This document shows positions 60,967 to 64,000 of a DNA stretch of 64,000 bases, in pieces (the stretch's first letter is position 1; every line of letters starts with the position of its first letter). A program made the translations under genes and the position numbers. The DNA comes from Eutreptiella sp. 'Long Island Sound 2002' (lineage: Eukaryota; Protista; Euglenida), in assembly GCA_964036045.1 (NCBI GenBank), contig OZ038378.1, positions 170,500,001 through 170,564,000 of the forward strand, in the 5' to 3' direction. The notes beneath the pieces are model-generated. The model searched no databases. It worked only from the letters and a program-made list of their open reading frames with translations, and was not told where the DNA came from.

Positions 60967-61186
60967 CCCCCCCCTCCCCTTTTGTAATCCCCCACCCCTT
61001 GCAATCCCCCCCCCCCCCATGGGGGGGACCGTTACTTGGCCCAAAAAGCATAGGAAACACCAGGCGCCGAAGAAATTTTTTCTTGAGGTTACACCGGGAC
61101 TGGGGTTGGGGGGACCGTCACTTGGTGACCCCCCCCCCCCCCCCTGGGGGGGACCGGCCTGACAATAGGGGGGGGATTACAAGGGG
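60967..61186 (+). mobile_element. Short non-coding mini-element derivative (~220 bp) in intron
   Basis: cccctttgtaatccccc ... gggggattacaagggg|TA, with the direct repeat gggggaccgt(t/c)acttgg at ~61022 and ~61108. Confidence 0.6.
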
Positions 61187-61243
61187 TACCACGTTGGGCA
61201 TCGCGTGCGATGGCAGCTGAACCACATACCCTCCTCGCCGCAG

Positions 61244-61522
61244 GCCTGGACCGCCTATGAGACCAAGAGGCACGATAAGCTGCGCAAGGCAATGCAGGGC
61301 ATGTTCGTGCACAAGCCTGACAAGGCCCATACCATGGCCGTGTCGTACGCCCACTCCCTCGTGCCCCGCCGCATCAAGCAGAGCGTCATTTGGGAGGTGT
61401 ACTGGACCCTCAGGACCGAGGCGTCCAACGCGATCCGACGCCACACCCTCCAGATGCGGAGGCTACTGGACCTTCGCCGGAAGGTCAATGACTTTGCGCG
61501 CCTACGCGTTGGCAATTTCGAA
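61244..61522 (+). CDS. Uncharacterised gene, internal exon (3' boundary uncertain: 61522 or 61573)
   Basis: CGCAG acceptor at 61243 (phase 0). Reads AWTAYETKRHDKLRKAMQ...LRRKVNDFARLR with high GC3. Confidence 0.6.
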
Positions 61523-61939
61523 GTCAGCGGCCAGACGAAGTTGGACTGCGAGATCTTTATCTTGGCTTTGCAGGTCCTCGCTTGCCGCCGATGATTGCTT
61601 TCGCTGTGCGCACGCGTCCATCCGCCCACTTCTTCTCTGTGAAGAATCTGACACCGCGACGAAGGGCTGGGTAGGTTAGCGTTGCGGCTCCTTACGTACC
61701 CGAGATTTTGGATACCACGCACATTCTGTCCTCCCCCCCAATTATTCAACGGAGATTTGGATACTCCCCAGCAGAGGAGAGACTCCGGCCGGTCACGGGC
61801 TGAGAGCACATGGCTACAACACCCAAGGTGCCCGGTACAAATGCATCGTTCGACGGTTCATGGGGTTACTAAGCACAAGCCTGACAGGTGCGCCGGATCC
61901 GACTGAGTGGGGCCCCCGTTTCTCCCTCTTCGTCCGCAG

Positions 61940-63913
61940 GAGCCGAAGTTCGAGTTTGCTTTCGGCGGCAACGTCCATTACAAGGAGTTGGTCCAGCGCG
62001 CCGAGGCCATCATGAGGCACGACCCCCACGACTGCAGTGACGCCCATCCCGTCGACAGCCCCTGCCCACCCAAACAAATGCTCTGGCCTTTGGTCCCCCC
62101 CATCACTTGGCAGCCCGAAGGCGCTGCGGATGCAGCGTCCCTCGACACACCGCCCGACGTGAGCCCCCGCGGCGGTGCGAGCCCCCCTATTGTCGGTGCA
62201 CACCACTGCCGCACCTCCGCGCTCCTGCAGCGCCTCTCCCTGGGGTCCCCCCGCAGCCGCGCCGGGGCCCCTCCCGCCTGCACCGCCGAGCCCCACGCCT
62301 CCGCCCCAGACTCGCCCCGCAAGCCCCAGACGGCCGCGTCGTTCCGCAAGCCCCGCGACTCCCCCCGCGGCCACGCCCACGCGCCCCCCGCCGAGTCGCA
62401 CGCGCAGTCGCGGCCCCGCGACGCCCCCTGCGAGTCCCCCTCCTCCGACCCCCAGCCCTCGGCCTCGTTCCGCAAGAGGCCCTGCCGCTCCCCCTCCGGC
62501 TCCCCCGGCGGCCACGTCCACGTGCCCGCCCTCCACAGCGCCCTCGAGCCCCACGCCTCGCCCTCCGCCTCGTTCCGCAGGCCCCCCCCCCGGGGCCCCG
62601 CGGGGTGCCACATCCCCGCCCTCGTCGGCCCGTCCCCCTCCGACGACGCCGCCCTGACGCGCCACCAGTCCCGGCCCCGCATGTCGGCCCTGCCCTCCCA
62701 AGTCAGCCCCCGCGGCCGCTACGCCCTCTCCTCCCTCCAGCGCTCCGAGCCCACCGCCTCCTTCCTGAGCTCCCTCCACAGCCACGCCAAGGGGCACGCC
62801 CCCGCGCCGCTGCGGCCCCACGGGGGGGCCCTCCCGGGGGGGCCCGCCGAGCCCCCCCACGCCCACCCCGACGCCCTCCCCCCCGGCCCCGCCCACTCCT
62901 TCCGCACACGCCCCCGCTCCCCCCCGTCCGCCTCGACCCCGCCGCCAGACGGCCCCGAGCCCTCCGCGTCGCCGCAGGGCTCCGAGTCCGGTCCGCCCCC
63001 CTCCCCCCGCGGCCTCCTCGTGCCCCAGTCCTCCGCCTGGCGCTTCACCCGCGAGGCGACCGACCCCGACCGCCTCAGCCGCCACGCCCGTCCCCGCCCC
63101 AGCGGCACGCCCTCGTCCTCCCTCGCCCCGGACTCGGACCTGCTCGATCCCGCCCACAAACGGAGCCGGTCCCCCGACAGCCCCTGGTCCGGGGCCGACT
63201 CGCCGCCCCTGCCCCGGCTCGACGCTGCCTCGGCGTCCCCGAAACGCGACCGCGCGCGCGACCGGCCCGACTCGCGGAACGCGGTCCCGACCGCCAAGTG
63301 CGTCCCCCACGGCTCCGGGAAGGACCTGCCGCAGAGCCGCAGGGCCGTCCCGCGCAAGCGCAGCCCCGCGTCGCCGCCCCGCTGCAGCACGATGTCCGGC
63401 CGCGAGTACCAGCGGCTGCTGCACGCCGAGCCCCCGGAGGCCGAGGCGTCGCTGGTGCGCGCCTCGACGATGGTCCTGCCGGGGAAGCCGAAGCGCATGG
63501 GGCTGGAGGCCCTCGGCGACGGCGCCTCCCTCAACGTCCACGGGGACACCACCGCGGGGCTGAACGTCCTCGGGGCCAACGTTGGCAGCCTCCGGGGCTC
63601 CGGCGGGCGCCCCCCGAGCCTCTCGCTGGCGAGCGACGTCCTCGGGGGCGCGACGGCGCCCGGGCCCGGCACGCAGCTGGAGCAGCTGCTGGCGCCCATC
63701 CCCAGCCCGAGTCCGGGGGCGCGCCACCGGGCCCTGACCCCCCAACTCGTGGGCTCCCCGGGCCTGGGCGACGCCCCGGCGTCGCCGGTGCTGGCGAGCC
63801 TCAGCTACCCCCAGGGCAAGGCCCCCCTCCGGGCCTTGCGCGCGCTGACGCCCCAGGGCGACCCCGCACGACGGGTGCTGCCGCAGCCGAATCCGGACTT
63901 CGGCCTCGGCTAA
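61940..63913 (+). CDS. Uncharacterised gene, long Pro/Ser/Arg-rich (disordered) terminal exon
   Basis: Pyrimidine tract + CGCAG acceptor at 61939 (phase 0). The frame is open for ~657 codons to TAA with extreme GC3 bias. Confidence 0.7.
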   Translation, partial: EPKFEFAFGGNVHYKELVQRAEAIMRHDPHDCSDAHPVDSPCPPKQMLWPLVPPITWQPEGAADAASLDTPPDVSPRGGASPPIVGAHHCRTSALLQRLSLGSPRSRAGAPPACTAEPHASAPDSPRKPQTAASFRKPRDSPRGHAHAPPAESHAQSRPRDAPCESPSSDPQPSASFRKRPCRSPSGSPGGHVHVPALHSALEPHASPSASFRRPPPRGPAGCHIPALVGPSPSDDAALTRHQSRPRMSALPSQVSPRGRYALSSLQRSEPTASFLSSLHSHAKGHAPAPLRPHGGALPGGPAEPPHAHPDALPPGPAHSFRTRPRSPPSASTPPPDGPEPSASPQGSESGPPPSPRGLLVPQSSAWRFTREATDPDRLSRHARPRPSGTPSSSLAPDSDLLDPAHKRSRSPDSPWSGADSPPLPRLDAASASPKRDRARDRPDSRNAVPTAKCVPHGSGKDLPQSRRAVPRKRSPASPPRCSTMSGREYQRLLHAEPPEAEASLVRASTMVLPGKPKRMGLEALGDGASLNVHGDTTAGLNVLGANVGSLRGSGGRPPSLSLASDVLGGATAPGPGTQLEQLLAPIPSPSPGARHRALTPQLVGSPGLGDAPASPVLASLSYPQGKAPLRALRALTPQGDPARRVLPQPNPDFGLG

Positions 63914-64000
63914 GCTTTGCCCTCTCCCCCCCGACCACCGGGGGCGCAGGGGCCGGCCGCGGCGGCTCTGGGCCCCTGGACGGAGCCGACGGGATGGGGC

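Noticed and set aside
61814-63745. 643-aa Gly/Arg/Ala-rich minus-strand ORF
   Set aside because: It is a shadow ORF; the plus strand has the splice acceptor and a consistent codon bias.
1-64000. tRNA, rRNA, snRNA or spliced-leader RNA genes
   Set aside because: None were recognised by eye; tRNAscan-SE or Infernal would be needed to exclude them.

Overview
Repeat-rich eukaryotic nuclear DNA with GT-AG introns, GC3-rich exons and many poly-G/poly-C runs. A protist such as a euglenid is plausible, but that is inference only. Host genes: two adjacent, apparently intronless glycosyltransferase-like ORFs (5.0-8.6 kb); a 4-exon GAF / histidine kinase / receiver hybrid sensor with a degenerate ATP-binding domain (39.4-45.8 kb); a 3-exon gene ending in a long Pro/Ser-rich exon (59.4-63.9 kb); and a probable terminal exon at 0.4-0.6 kb. 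Two things stand out. (1) A 12-kb higher-order array (11.9-23.9 kb) holds five nearly identical 1863-bp, 5'-truncated Penelope-like reverse transcriptase elements with FRDN in place of YxDD. Each sits in the same GGGGTCTCC site of a ~194-bp satellite. (2) A family of 570-700-bp mini-elements occurs as at least four sequence-divergent subfamilies. They share poly-C/poly-G ends, short TIRs, a TA flank in most cases, internal direct repeats with a GACCGT core, and a small SH3/Tudor-like ORF in a strong start context. Also present: a P-element-like transposase relic, an RNase H relic, a perfect 100-bp-arm palindrome and a hairpin-rich 127-bp tandem repeat. All family assignments come from motif recognition by eye; no searches were run.
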